Assembly (NCBI GenBank): GCA_964621525.1
Contig: CAZUMS010000004.1
Coordinates: forward strand, 22,061-86,060
DNA from: an uncultured bacterium
GTDB taxonomy: Bacteria; JAGRBM01; JAHCIT01
DNA: 64,000 bases
Direction: 5' to 3'
Under the pieces are notes generated by a model. It was not told the DNA's origin, made no database searches, and saw nothing but the letters and a program-made list of their open reading frames with translations. Of the stretch, positions 8,701-19,400 are shown piece after piece (positions within the stretch are counted from its first letter, which is position 1; each line of letters opens with the position of its first letter). The position numbers were made by a program, and so were the translations under genes.

Positions 8701-11700
8701 TCAGGGGAGGTAGCTCACCCGGACTTCGACAAAATCGGTCGACTGAAGCGCCCGGACCGAGGGCGAAGAAGGCGTGGCTCCCGACACGGCGATTCGGATG
8801 TGGCCGTTTACCACATAGGCTCCCGAGCCAAAGGAGCCCGTCACCGTACGGTCCAGTTCGCACTGGGCCGGGTCGGACGGATCCGCCGGACAAAACCGGG
8901 GGGCTTCTCCATGTCCACCCACGTAGTCCCATACACCGAGAGCATCCTGGATGAAGACATCGGTCCCGCTGCCGCCGTCGCCAAGACCGCCGCCGACGAC
9001 TGTCACCGTCACATCGACGATGGTGGCCGTGGGGGGCAGCGTAACCGCCAGATCATAAATCTCGACCGGGTACCGGTTCTGGCTCAACTGGTCCAGAGAA
9101 GCTTCCCATGGTTTCTGGGGTGCCTGCAGTATCGAGGTGAGGCGGAGTTCGGAGGCGGCGATACCCTGTCCGCCAAATGATACCAGCACGCCGGCCTGGG
9201 GATCGTAGGCGGAGCCCGGGATACCCGGCGGCACAGACGCGCCGAGCACATCCAGCCGGTACCACTCGGCCCCATCCCAGAACCACGAGCCAGGAACCGG
9301 GACTCCCACGGACGTACGCCCTCCGGTGAGGACGAGGCCGTACGGAGCGACCTGCGTCAGCACACCGTCACGCATGGGAGGCGGGGCCGAGCCGGTCAGA
9401 TCGAGCTTCGTCCAGTATTCGCCATCAAAGCCCCAGGTGTCGTTCAGGCCGCCGCCGGGTCCCTGTCCGCCGAAAAGGATCACCTGCCCTGTAACCGGGT
9501 CGTAGGCCATGGCCCCACCGGAGCGGGCTGACGGCTTCGGGAAACCGGAAACTTGGGTACGGAACCAGTCGGTGCCGTCCCACATCCAGGTCTCGCTCGA
9601 AAGGCTGGAGGCAATCTGGCCGCCGAAGATCACTACCAAGCCGTTGGTTTCGTCATAGGCCATGGCCGCATTCGTACGGGCGGAAGGCGGCCCCAGAACC
9701 GAGGAACCCGAGGGAGTCCACGCAAACCATTCCCAGGCGAGCCGGTCGGCACCCGGCTGCACGCCTGTATCTCCGGGCATGGAGGTCAGTACCGCTTCGT
9801 TGTCCGAGGTTACGCTAGCGACGGCACCTCGCGTGCCGGCGACATCCACGATATCGTTGGGGCGAAGTTCATTCAGCAGGTTGCCATCAGCGCCCGACAC
9901 GCGGAAATACTGTCCGGAGATCTCGAACGAGCTTCCGGTAAGCGCGCGCCACTCCCGGCGCAGATCCCAGATGTCCGACGAGGCACCACCCGAGGCCGTA
10001 CCCCCATAGAGGACGAGCACACCGCGGCCCTTGTCTTCAACTAACTCCGCGTTCTCCATCGGCGGCGGCAGCGACGGGCTGGCGGGATTCGTACCGAACC
10101 GCTGCTCGGTCCAGATCCCCGCGATTGCATCGTACAGCCAGAGGTCGTTCAGGAGGCTGCCGCTCGCGGCACGCCCACCGAACAGCACCATCTGACGCAG
10201 CAATTCGCCGTTCGAATCGGTATCGAGGTACGCTGCTGCGGCGCCGGAACGGGCGGGCGGACCGCCCGCCCCTCGCGTCAGGTCGTAGGAAACGGTTTGC
10301 GAAACGCCGTCCCACCGGTAGATATCCGGGTTGACCGACGCATTGGGTACCGCCCCGCCTGCGATCACAAACACCTGACGGTCCGTATCGTAACAGGCGG
10401 CCGCCCCGGCCAGAGGGTTCAGTGTTCCGCCGAACGGAGTATCCCAGACCGGTCCGTCGATGCCGTTCTCGTCAAACTCCCAGATGCGCCCCGCACCCGG
10501 AGCACCGGTCGTCTCCAGGAAACCGCCAAACACGATCACTACGCCCCGGTTGCTGTCGTACCCGGCCACATGCGACGTGCGGCCGGGCGGTACATTGCCG
10601 ACGTCCACGCTGTCGCGGCGCGTCCAGTTCCAGGAACCTGAAGGCCAGATCCCGCTGTAAGAAAGCTCGTAGTGATCCTCGGCGAGACCGGTCTGACGCC
10701 GTCCGCCGACGAGCAGATGAACGCCGCGGGCCGAATCGTAGACAAGCCGCGAGCCAGTCCGCGCGGCCGGGACGTCGCCACCGGCGGTTTCCTGAGTCCA
10801 TCCGCTGCCGTCATGAACCCACAGTTCGCCGGAGAGTCCTGAATCCGTCTCGCCGCCAAAAGCCACGAGAACGCCCTGAAGCGTATCGAAAGAAACCGCG
10901 GCGCCGACGCGGGCCGACGGCGGGGTTCCCGGCGGCAGTTCGTACCAGCCGGACCCGTCCCAGATCCACAGGTCGTTCATGCGGCCCCGGACTGAGAGTC
11001 CGCCGAAAACCGCTACACCGAGCCCCGGCCAGTAGACCATGCCATGTGCCGACCGGGCGGCAGGGCGCTGCTCGCCGGTCACCACGGGCGACATCGGATC
11101 CAGACTGCCGCCATCCCACTCCCAGGTATCGTCGAACGGGACTGCGCCGGCGCCGCCGCCGAAGAACACCATCTCGAACCGGGCTTCGTCGTAAGCACAC
11201 GCAAGACCACTGCGCGGGACCGGGGACGCCGCCGAGACCAGCGTGGTTCCGGTCCGGGGCGTACGCTGTGCGACATCGGGTACGCTGGTCGAGGTCGTCA
11301 GGCCGTCACCGGAGGAAAGCACGGATTGGTAGTCGTTCGTGTCGAATTCACGGCCCCCCATCTGCGACGGCGGCACCGGAGAATCGGAATCGAGCCGGAG
11401 CGCGAGCGAACCGCCCTGAACGCCCTGACCCGGCGTCGTTCCAGCCACCGTAACCGGCACGACTATAGGGTCCGGCGGATCGATATCGAAACTCTCCGAC
11501 GTGCCCGTGCCTAAGGACGTCCCGTCCGCCTGCATCTGCTGTCCCGCTCCGGCCGACTGAGCGAAAAGGCTGAAGCTCGCGACACCCGATACCAGGCTGC
11601 GGCGGGGCACCGGGATACGGACGCCGGGTGCGGAATCGTTACGCATCAGAACGGAGTCCGTGGCGCTCGTGACCGTGTTGCCGTAAGGGTCAACGGCAAG

Positions 11701-12708
11701 CACCTGCACGATGAAGCTCTGGCCTTCCTTGGGTGGCGCAGGCAGCGGCGTCGGGTCTGCATCGCCCCCGCCCGAAGACGGCCGGTAGGTCTGTCCCGGC
11801 AGCACGATCGTCAGCTGGGGTGCCACGCTCGTGTCGGGCCCCACGGGGAAGAAGGTCGTGCTCCCCGTGCCAAGCACGAGCCCGTCATCCGTCGCCGAAA
11901 TGCGCTGCGTGGCAGCGGCCCGGAAAATCGTGAAAGTGTAGATACCCGTACCGCCGTTCTGGGCGGGTACATTCGCCTGGTCGAAAGGCGCCGTAACCGT
12001 CACCGAAGGACTTCCGGGAACCGCGTTACCGAGATGATCCGTGACAATCACCTCCACGTCGAACTGCTGGCCGGCAGTGATGCCGTAGGGCGTACCGACC
12101 ACCCGGGGACCGGAAGCCGAGGGAAGCACCTGTTGTTCGGCAGCCGCGGGGTTGGGCGGAGTCGAGCCGTTCCACCGGCCGATCACGCGGACCGCCAGAC
12201 GGTCGGCGCTGCCCGGCAGCACGTCGAATGCCGCGCTGGAGGTTCGGACACCCCTGACCAGCGCCGTGTCGGCGGAAACTGTCCAGCCGGTCCCGGCCGT
12301 CACGGCAACAAGACCGTCGAACGTGGTGCATCCGGCGGAAGCAAGTTGCGCGGGGATGAGGTCGTCGTTCGGGTCGGTTGTAGTGAGCTCGACGAGGCCG
12401 TCGAACACGGACGAAAATCCGGTCCCGCCCTCTCCTAGAGCCACGACGAGCACGTTAAACGTGTCTCCCGCTACGAGCGGACCAAAAGCTGGAGGAGCTG
12501 TGTCATCGCAGGCTGGCGGCGTCGTGCCGGTGTAGGGTTTCAGGAGAAAGGCACCCGCAGGAACGACCGGCTCTTCCGGCGGTTCGGACGGAAAATCGCC
12601 GCCGCAGGCAGCAATCACCAGGACCCAGCAGACGGCAAAAAACCGGATGGCGGAAAACCGCCACCGGTACAACGCGCCCGTAGCGCCAAAACGGCAGCTC
12701 TCGTCCAT
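8701..12708 (-). CDS. giant Kelch-repeat (beta-propeller) lipoprotein with Ig-like/Big N-terminal domains
   Basis: 1335 aa. Signal peptide with lipobox VIAAC. N-terminal half Ig-like beta-rich domains. C-terminal half is many Kelch-like repeats (VFGG ... LNDLWIWDGSGW ..., repeated W-x-W/DG patterns). Confidence 0.65.
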   Translation of the reverse strand: MDESCRFGATGALYRWRFSAIRFFAVCWVLVIAACGGDFPSEPPEEPVVPAGAFLLKPYTGTTPPACDDTAPPAFGPLVAGDTFNVLVVALGEGGTGFSSVFDGLVELTTTDPNDDLIPAQLASAGCTTFDGLVAVTAGTGWTVSADTALVRGVRTSSAAFDVLPGSADRLAVRVIGRWNGSTPPNPAAAEQQVLPSASGPRVVGTPYGITAGQQFDVEVIVTDHLGNAVPGSPSVTVTAPFDQANVPAQNGGTGIYTFTIFRAAATQRISATDDGLVLGTGSTTFFPVGPDTSVAPQLTIVLPGQTYRPSSGGGDADPTPLPAPPKEGQSFIVQVLAVDPYGNTVTSATDSVLMRNDSAPGVRIPVPRRSLVSGVASFSLFAQSAGAGQQMQADGTSLGTGTSESFDIDPPDPIVVPVTVAGTTPGQGVQGGSLALRLDSDSPVPPSQMGGREFDTNDYQSVLSSGDGLTTSTSVPDVAQRTPRTGTTLVSAASPVPRSGLACAYDEARFEMVFFGGGAGAVPFDDTWEWDGGSLDPMSPVVTGEQRPAARSAHGMVYWPGLGVAVFGGLSVRGRMNDLWIWDGSGWYELPPGTPPSARVGAAVSFDTLQGVLVAFGGETDSGLSGELWVHDGSGWTQETAGGDVPAARTGSRLVYDSARGVHLLVGGRRQTGLAEDHYELSYSGIWPSGSWNWTRRDSVDVGNVPPGRTSHVAGYDSNRGVVIVFGGFLETTGAPGAGRIWEFDENGIDGPVWDTPFGGTLNPLAGAAACYDTDRQVFVIAGGAVPNASVNPDIYRWDGVSQTVSYDLTRGAGGPPARSGAAAAYLDTDSNGELLRQMVLFGGRAASGSLLNDLWLYDAIAGIWTEQRFGTNPASPSLPPPMENAELVEDKGRGVLVLYGGTASGGASSDIWDLRREWRALTGSSFEISGQYFRVSGADGNLLNELRPNDIVDVAGTRGAVASVTSDNEAVLTSMPGDTGVQPGADRLAWEWFAWTPSGSSVLGPPSARTNAAMAYDETNGLVVIFGGQIASSLSSETWMWDGTDWFRTQVSGFPKPSARSGGAMAYDPVTGQVILFGGQGPGGGLNDTWGFDGEYWTKLDLTGSAPPPMRDGVLTQVAPYGLVLTGGRTSVGVPVPGSWFWDGAEWYRLDVLGASVPPGIPGSAYDPQAGVLVSFGGQGIAASELRLTSILQAPQKPWEASLDQLSQNRYPVEIYDLAVTLPPTATIVDVTVTVVGGGLGDGGSGTDVFIQDALGVWDYVGGHGEAPRFCPADPSDPAQCELDRTVTGSFGSGAYVVNGHIRIAVSGATPSSPSVRALQSTDFVEVRVSYLP

Positions 12709-12901
12709 AAGACTTCGGTTTTAAAGTATGCCACCCGTTCCGAAGGCGCGCGAGACGGATCACGGGCTCTTGGCAAAAGTTTACAGGCCTCTGGAATTCT
12801 TCAGGTTTTTCCACAGTCCCCGCTTGGTCTGGAGCCTGACGGACAGATCCCGGCAGGGTAGGCTGGGACAGGCCGCCCAGAGGCCAAATCAGGAGCTTGA
12901 A

Positions 12902-13174
12902 ATGGACTGGAAAATCTTCATGGGCACGTTTACCACGATCTTCATCGCCGAGCTGGGAGACAAGACACAACTCGCTGCAATCACAGCAGTTTCCCAGAGC
13001 AGGAAGCCCCTGCCTGTGTTTCTTGGGGCGAGTGCCGCACTGGTTCTGGTGACACTGATAGGGGTTCTGTTCGGCGCGGGCCTCACCCGCCTCGTCCCTG
13101 AAGCAGTCCTCAAGAAGATCGCCGGCGGCCTGTTTATCCTGATTGGAGCGCTGGTCCTGATGGAAAAAATCTAG
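12902..13174 (+). CDS. UPF0016/GDT1 (TMEM165) family membrane protein, single-repeat form
   Basis: ATG at 12902 preceded by AGGAG. 90 aa with the E-x-G-D-K-T motif (ELGDKTQ) and 3 TM helices. The upstream part of the track ORF has no signal. Confidence 0.6.
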   Translation: MDWKIFMGTFTTIFIAELGDKTQLAAITAVSQSRKPLPVFLGASAALVLVTLIGVLFGAGLTRLVPEAVLKKIAGGLFILIGALVLMEKI

Positions 13175-13305
13175 GAAACCGCCTGTCTTCTGGGGCATAT
13201 GCGAATAGTACCCGTGTAACAACAGGACCGGTTTGCCACTTCCAGCCCTGCACAGCTAGTTACCGGGCCGGATCCGGAGACCCCTTCCGGCCCCACCCAT
13301 CGTCT

Positions 13306-14685
13306 ATGCGAGCTGTCTTCACCGCCATCTTTCTCATGTCCGTCCTTGCCATCGAGTGCGTCCGGTACGGCTGGGCGTGGTTCTGGACGCTGTTCATGCC
13401 GGCCGGCCGGCGGCGGACCGAGCGGCTCCGGGCTCAGGGGCAGGCTATCGCCCGTTTCTGCACTAATACGGGACCCACCTTCACGAAGATCGGGCAGATT
13501 CTATCGAGCCGCCCGGACATTCTGGATCCGGTCGTCATCCAAGAACTGGAGATGCTCCAGGACCAGGTGCCGCCAGTGCCGTTCGGTCGGATCCGCCACA
13601 CCATCGAAGAGGATCTTGGAAAGCCCCTGACGGAGATCTTCGCCCGGTTCGAGGAAACACCCCTGGCCGCTGCCAGTGTGGCTCAGGTTCACCGGGCCTG
13701 GCTCGGCGACGGCACTGCCCTCGCCGTCAAGGTCCAGCGGCCCGGCATGAAAGATAAATTCGAGAACGACATCCTGGTACTGAATTTCTTTGCGAAGCTT
13801 ACCTCTTTCATTCCCGGCGTGAAAAACCTCCGCCTGCCCGAACAGGTAGAGGAATTCGGCACGGCCCTCCACAGCCAGCTCGACTTCAGGGGCGAACGGG
13901 ACAACAACCGGTTCTTCGCCGCCACCTTCAGGGACATTCCGTGGGTGCGGCTGCCGCTCGTTTATGAGGAATTATCCGGCCCGCGGGTCATCACCATGGA
14001 GTTCGTCGAAGGCCGCAAGGTGCCGGACTACATCAAGTGGCGGAAGAGCCCGGACACCGAGCTCGCCATGCGGCTCTATTCACTCTACCTGCTCATGTGT
14101 GTGGAGCGGCAGACACTCCACTCGGACCTGCACCCCGGCAATCTGCTGATCGATAACGACCGGCGGATCGTCATTCTGGATACCGGGCTCGTCTACCGGG
14201 TGCCCAGGCACTATGCCCAGCGTTACCTCAGGCTGATCCTCTCGTTCGGGACCTACGACGGCCACCTGCTCACGCGGGCCTATCTCGAAGGAACGGGCGA
14301 TATCGAGCCGGCCCGCCTCAAGATCATCTCCGACAAAACCCATGAGCTGACCCAGCGGGTGCTTCAAATGGACGTGACGAAGCTGGATCTTTCCGGCGTG
14401 TGGCAGGACATCATGGCCCTGCTCCGTGACCAGGGGGTCACGTTCGACCGGGAACTCACCCTGATCGCAGTCACGGATGCGACCTTCTCCGGCATGGCGC
14501 GCCAGCTCGACCCCCAGTTCGATTTCTTCACCTACATGGTGAAGGAAACTGCGCGCCTCATTTTCGAGAAGAAGGTACTTCCGGCGGACGACCCCTTCCT
14601 GAAGGAAGCCCTGTCGATCCAGATGCAGGGCGGCGCAAAGAAGGTCTGGGAAGAACGGAACCGCCTCAAGGCGGCCTCCGCCTGA
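13306..14685 (+). CDS. ABC1/UbiB family atypical kinase
   Basis: ASVAQVHRA ... ALAVKVQRPG ... HSDLHPGNLLI are ABC1/AarF motifs. Confidence 0.8.
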   Translation: MRAVFTAIFLMSVLAIECVRYGWAWFWTLFMPAGRRRTERLRAQGQAIARFCTNTGPTFTKIGQILSSRPDILDPVVIQELEMLQDQVPPVPFGRIRHTIEEDLGKPLTEIFARFEETPLAAASVAQVHRAWLGDGTALAVKVQRPGMKDKFENDILVLNFFAKLTSFIPGVKNLRLPEQVEEFGTALHSQLDFRGERDNNRFFAATFRDIPWVRLPLVYEELSGPRVITMEFVEGRKVPDYIKWRKSPDTELAMRLYSLYLLMCVERQTLHSDLHPGNLLIDNDRRIVILDTGLVYRVPRHYAQRYLRLILSFGTYDGHLLTRAYLEGTGDIEPARLKIISDKTHELTQRVLQMDVTKLDLSGVWQDIMALLRDQGVTFDRELTLIAVTDATFSGMARQLDPQFDFFTYMVKETARLIFEKKVLPADDPFLKEALSIQMQGGAKKVWEERNRLKAASA

Positions 14686-14694
14686 ATCCGCCGC

Positions 14695-15573
14695 TCAGCT
14701 CTCGATAAAATCGCGAATCGTTTTTGCCAGCGCTACCGGCTGGTCGTAATGAACCATGTGGCCCGCTCCGGGCACCACCACGTACCGGCTATCGGGGAAA
14801 CAGATAACCCGGTCCTCGAACACCTGCCGGTTGAACTCGCTTTCCCCGCCGCGCACGCACATGACCGGACATGTGACCCGCGACCAGAAAGTCTTCGCCT
14901 GCTCGAGGTTGAACGGGTTGGGATTCATCACCTTATGCACCGGATCGTGCGCGAAACGGACCTTGCCATCGGGGCCCTGCTCGCCGATCTCTTTCGAGAG
15001 AAATGCGGCGAACTGCCGGTCCAGCTTCGGGTACATCTTCACGAGGCGTTCAGCGATGTCGCCGAAGCCGTCGTAGGGTTTGGGTTTCTTGTCCCGGAAC
15101 TTGCGGTACTCGCCGATCCACTGGCGGTAGCGGTCCGGGGCCACCTGCGGCCCGATAGGCGGCGGGCCGAGCCCTTCGATATTCACATATTTCACGATCC
15201 GCTCGGGGAATGCGCCCGCGTATAGCGAGCTGACCATGCCGCCCATGGAGTGGCCCACAAGGACGAACTTCTCGCCGCCGGGGAGGAGCCGGTCCACGAC
15301 TTCGGCGATATCCTGCACGTAATCGGGAAAGTGATAATCACCGCCCCGGAGCCAGGACGAGCGGCCCATGCCCCGGAAATCAAACGAGAAGCACCGGTAA
15401 CGGTCCGAGAAATGGGGAATAACCCGCGCCCAGGCAGCTCCGAGGTCGAGCCAGCCGTGGCAGAACAGGATGGCGGGTGCAGGGGCCGGCGGCGCGGGCC
15501 ATGAGAGGCAGTGGAGCTTGAGGCCCGGCAGTTCGAGCCAGCTATGGGATGGTGGATGGGTTTTTTCATTCAT
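14695..15573 (-). CDS. alpha/beta hydrolase fold protein
   Basis: HGW ... nucleophile elbow VGHSMGG ... C-terminal His. Convergent with the UbiB-like gene. Confidence 0.75.
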   Translation of the reverse strand: MNEKTHPPSHSWLELPGLKLHCLSWPAPPAPAPAILFCHGWLDLGAAWARVIPHFSDRYRCFSFDFRGMGRSSWLRGGDYHFPDYVQDIAEVVDRLLPGGEKFVLVGHSMGGMVSSLYAGAFPERIVKYVNIEGLGPPPIGPQVAPDRYRQWIGEYRKFRDKKPKPYDGFGDIAERLVKMYPKLDRQFAAFLSKEIGEQGPDGKVRFAHDPVHKVMNPNPFNLEQAKTFWSRVTCPVMCVRGGESEFNRQVFEDRVICFPDSRYVVVPGAGHMVHYDQPVALAKTIRDFIES

Positions 15574-15638
15574 CGCGGGGTGAGCCTAACGGATCATCCG
15601 CCACTTTCCGAGACGCCGGGTAATGATAAGATGGAGGC

Positions 15639-16415
15639 ATGTCGCTCGATATCGTCCAGCTCCCCCAGTGGCAGGATAATTATGCCTACCTGATCGCCGA
15701 CCCGGCCACGGGTGAAGCGGCCGTGATTGACGCACCCGAGCCGGGGAAGATCCCCGAAGTCCTGAAAGAACGGGGCTGGCGCCTCACGGCAATCTTCAAT
15801 ACGCATCATCACCCGGACCATGTGGGCGCGAACCGCGCTCTGTTGCAGATGTTCCCGGAGCTTCGCGTCACGGGCCATGCTTCGGACCGGCAGCGAATTC
15901 CCGGAATGACCGGTCCGCTCGAAGACGGGGCCCGGGTATCGCTCGGCCGGGAGACCGGGACCGTGATGTTCGTCCCCGGCCACACGTCGGGCCATATCGC
16001 GTATCTGTTCGGCGAAGATCTTTTCTGCGGCGACACCCTGTTCGCGGGCGGTTGCGGCCGCCTGTTCGAGGGCACCGCCCGCCAAATGTTCGATTCGTTA
16101 TCGCGGCTCCGTGCCCTGCCGGAGAGCACCCGAGTCTGGTGCGCCCACGAATATACCCAGAGCAACCTCCAGTTTGCCGGAACCGTGGAACCCGGAAACC
16201 CAGCCCTGCGTGAACGGATCCAGGCTGTCGCCGCGGCCCGGGAGGCAGGGCACCCCACGGTCCCCTCGACCATCGGAGAGGAAAAACGGACCAACGTGTT
16301 TCTCCGGTGGGATTCGCCCGAAATCGCGGATTACTGCCGCCGCTCCGATCCGGCTGCCGAGGACAGTTCCGTCAACCGTTTTGCCATCGTCCGCAAGGCG
16401 AAGGACAGATTCTAG
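15639..16415 (+). CDS. gloB: hydroxyacylglutathione hydrolase (glyoxalase II)
   Basis: Metallo-beta-lactamase motif THHHPDH. Overall GloB-like layout with GHTSGH and a C-terminal HEYT region. Confidence 0.85.
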   Translation: MSLDIVQLPQWQDNYAYLIADPATGEAAVIDAPEPGKIPEVLKERGWRLTAIFNTHHHPDHVGANRALLQMFPELRVTGHASDRQRIPGMTGPLEDGARVSLGRETGTVMFVPGHTSGHIAYLFGEDLFCGDTLFAGGCGRLFEGTARQMFDSLSRLRALPESTRVWCAHEYTQSNLQFAGTVEPGNPALRERIQAVAAAREAGHPTVPSTIGEEKRTNVFLRWDSPEIADYCRRSDPAAEDSSVNRFAIVRKAKDRF

Positions 16416-16420
16416 TATCT

Positions 16421-19400
16421 CTATTTCTTCAGCTTCTGGAGAATCGCCCGGGCGATCGGGGCGTTTGGGTGATTCGGCGCGAGCTTGAGGAACCGCTCGT
16501 AGGAGTTGATCGCCATGTTGTTCCGGCGCTCGGAGGAGTAGAGCTGCCCGAGATAGTAATGCGTCTCGGCGTTGTTGGAATCGAGCAGCGCCGAACTGGC
16601 GAACGCGGAAATCGCCTTCGCCGTCTGGTCGCTCTGCATGGCCGCCATGCCGAGATCGAACCAGAGTTTCGCATCGTTCTCTTCTATTTCGCAGGCTTTC
16701 GTGAGCAGGCGCAGGGCCTTCGCATACTGGCCCTTGCGGAGCGCGGTGCGCCCGTCCTTTGCGTAGTCCACCTTTTCAGCGGCATCCGGGACCGCAGCAA
16801 CCGCTACCGGGACGGGAGCCGCAGCGGCAGGTGAAGCCAGCCGCCGGGCAATTTCTTCCAGCTCGCGGCGGGTCCGGTCGCGGGATTTCGCCTGCTCGTA
16901 GGCGACGCGGGCACCCGTGAGATCCCCGCGCTCGATCAGAATCATCGACTTCAAGGCCAGCAGCCAGGCTTCGAACACCGGGTTCGTCCGGATCTGTTCG
17001 CGGTCCAACAGCGCATCCAGCTCGGTGAAGGCGAGGTCGAACTCCCGGGTGACCTTCACGCGCAGGTCCACGCGCTCAATCGCCGGGCGCGGATCCGATG
17101 GGTCGGCCCGTTCGGCCAGCGACAGGGATTCAAGCGTCCGTCCATTGCTGCCCGCCCGCCTCTGGCTTCGTGCCACGATGAGGAGAGCCGGTCCGTGGGC
17201 GGGATTCGCCTGGGCAATGCGTGAGGCCCACAGCTCCGCCTTCGCAGAATCGCCCGCCGCAAGATAGAGCCAGCCAAGTGCATAGGGGGCGATAATCTCG
17301 TCTGGTGCCGTGGAAGCCGCCGCCGACAGAACGCCCGAAGCCGCATCGAGCTGGCCGCTGCGTCCCTGGGCGAACGCCCGGATAATGGTGGCAAGCTGCT
17401 GATCCCCGGGCGAAAGGGCGGAAGAGGTCTCAAGCGCTGAGGCAAGCTGGCGGGCCAGTTCAAAGCGCTCCCGGTAAATTTCGAGTTCCGCCTGTACGAG
17501 CCGGGCATCCGGTGTGTCACGCACGTCGGCTCCGAGCCGGTCGAACTCCAGGGTCCCCTGCGTCACAAGACGCGAATCCTCAAGCAGGAATCCCTGCCGG
17601 GCCACGGCGAGGGCGTGACGCAGGGCCAGCCCGGGAGTTGCGCCCGAACCCGAACGGTCGATCTGCTGGATGGCCGTGCGAAGTTCCTGCGGTGCGTAGG
17701 CAGCGAGCAAACGGTCCAGTGCTTCCGGCTCCGGCGCACCCTGCTGGGCAATCGGGAGCCGCGCGGCTGCACCTGAAAGCCGGTCAAACATGGGCTTCAG
17801 GTAGCTCGTGAAAATGAATGTCCCCGCTCCAGCAACAACGAGCAGCGTGACAACGACGCTCACGGCCACGGCGATAACGATGGACTGATGGCTGGAAGCG
17901 GCCACACCCGGCACCGTGACCTCGTCCTCCTTGTCCTCGTATTCCTCGGGAGCCACCTCGTCGAGCCTGGGTTTCGGCTTCGCGGCGGGTGCAGCCTGGA
18001 GGGGTGGTAGAGGCGGTGTGAGTGGCTGCTGGACCGTAGGCGGCGGTTCGGGAGCGGGCGCCGTCTTCGCCGGGGGTGCCGGAGGAGGCGGTGCAGGCTT
18101 TGAAGCAGCTTTGGGAAGTGGCGGAGGCTTCGGCTCTGCCTTGGGCTCGGGCTTTGGCTCCGGTTTGGATTCCGGCTTGGGCGGAGCCGATTTCGCCGGT
18201 TTGGGGGGCGTCGACGGTTCCGGGGCCGGGGACGCTGCAGCGGCCGAAGCTGCTGGGGAAGGTACGGCACGAAGGTGGCGCGCCCGGGCCGGCTGAGAAC
18301 TCTCCGGCGAGGCGAATTCGAAATCACCTTCGTCCGCCCCGCCTTCTGCAGCCGACACCTCGTCGAACATCTCCCGCATCCGGCTTTCCGACAGGGGCGA
18401 CTCCGCCTGCTTGGGCACCGGACGGAAGCCCGGGGTCGTCGTATCCGGCGGCTGACGAACGAGCTCGGGTCCGTCGATCTCGATTTCGATACCTTCGCCC
18501 GACGATTCGATGCCGGGCTTGCCCGGCGGCGGATCATCGGGGATTACCTTTGCCATCGTGGCTTGTGGATTCGGCCCCGCGACAGTGATCGTGCCGTTCG
18601 GATGGGTGACGAGATTGCCCTTCTCCGCCTGAAGCTCCTTGAGAAGCCCCTGAAAGTAGAACTTGGAGATAATGTTGAGGGCGGGCAGGTCGTCGAGGCC
18701 GCACTGGTCAGCGACGTCCAGAATCGAGTTCTTGCCGTTGAACAGCTGGATAATGTCGCCGGCCCTGCTCGGAAAGCCCTCGGGATACTGGTCCAGCAGT
18801 TCCTGCGGATCGATGACCAGCACGGTGTCGAGCGGCGGAAGCTGCTCGGCGAGCCGCTCGAACTCGTCGAGGCGGCGCATGCCCTCCATGATGAGCCCCT
18901 GCGTGGAGAGCTCGATGGTCTCACTGCGCTCAACGGGCTTGAAGTCGATCTTGAAGCTGCCCTCGTTCCAGGTGAGCAGGCGGTACACGGCGCGGGCACC
19001 GGTGAGATGCCCGCACACGGCGTCGATGATCCGTCCGTTCAGGACGTACATGATGCCGTCCTTCGAGCCGGAGTTGAGCAGAATCAGACCCGTCTTGCGG
19101 CCGATCTCGATGGTCTGGAGTAGGTCCACGACGCCGAGGTCGGAGAGCGATCCCTGGAACATGTTCTGCTGGTCGACGCGCTCCAGCGATTCCTTTTCCT
19201 TCTTCTGGAGCAGCAGTCTTACGCGGGCGATGAGTTCGCGGATATAGATCGGTTTCGTCAGGTAATCGTCGACACCGAGCTCGAGCCCCCTCACCTTGTC
19301 CTCCACGGACCGTTGTGAGGTAAGGAATATGAACGGGATCATGGCGAGCTTGGGATCGTCCTTGATCCTCTGGCAGAACTGGTAGCCGTTCATCTTCGGC

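Noticed and set aside
12709-12901. Possible Mn2+ (yybP-ykoY) riboswitch upstream of the GDT1-family gene.
   Set aside because: I could not find the conserved GGGGAGUAG or ACAUAC-type cores by eye. It needs a covariance-model scan before any claim.
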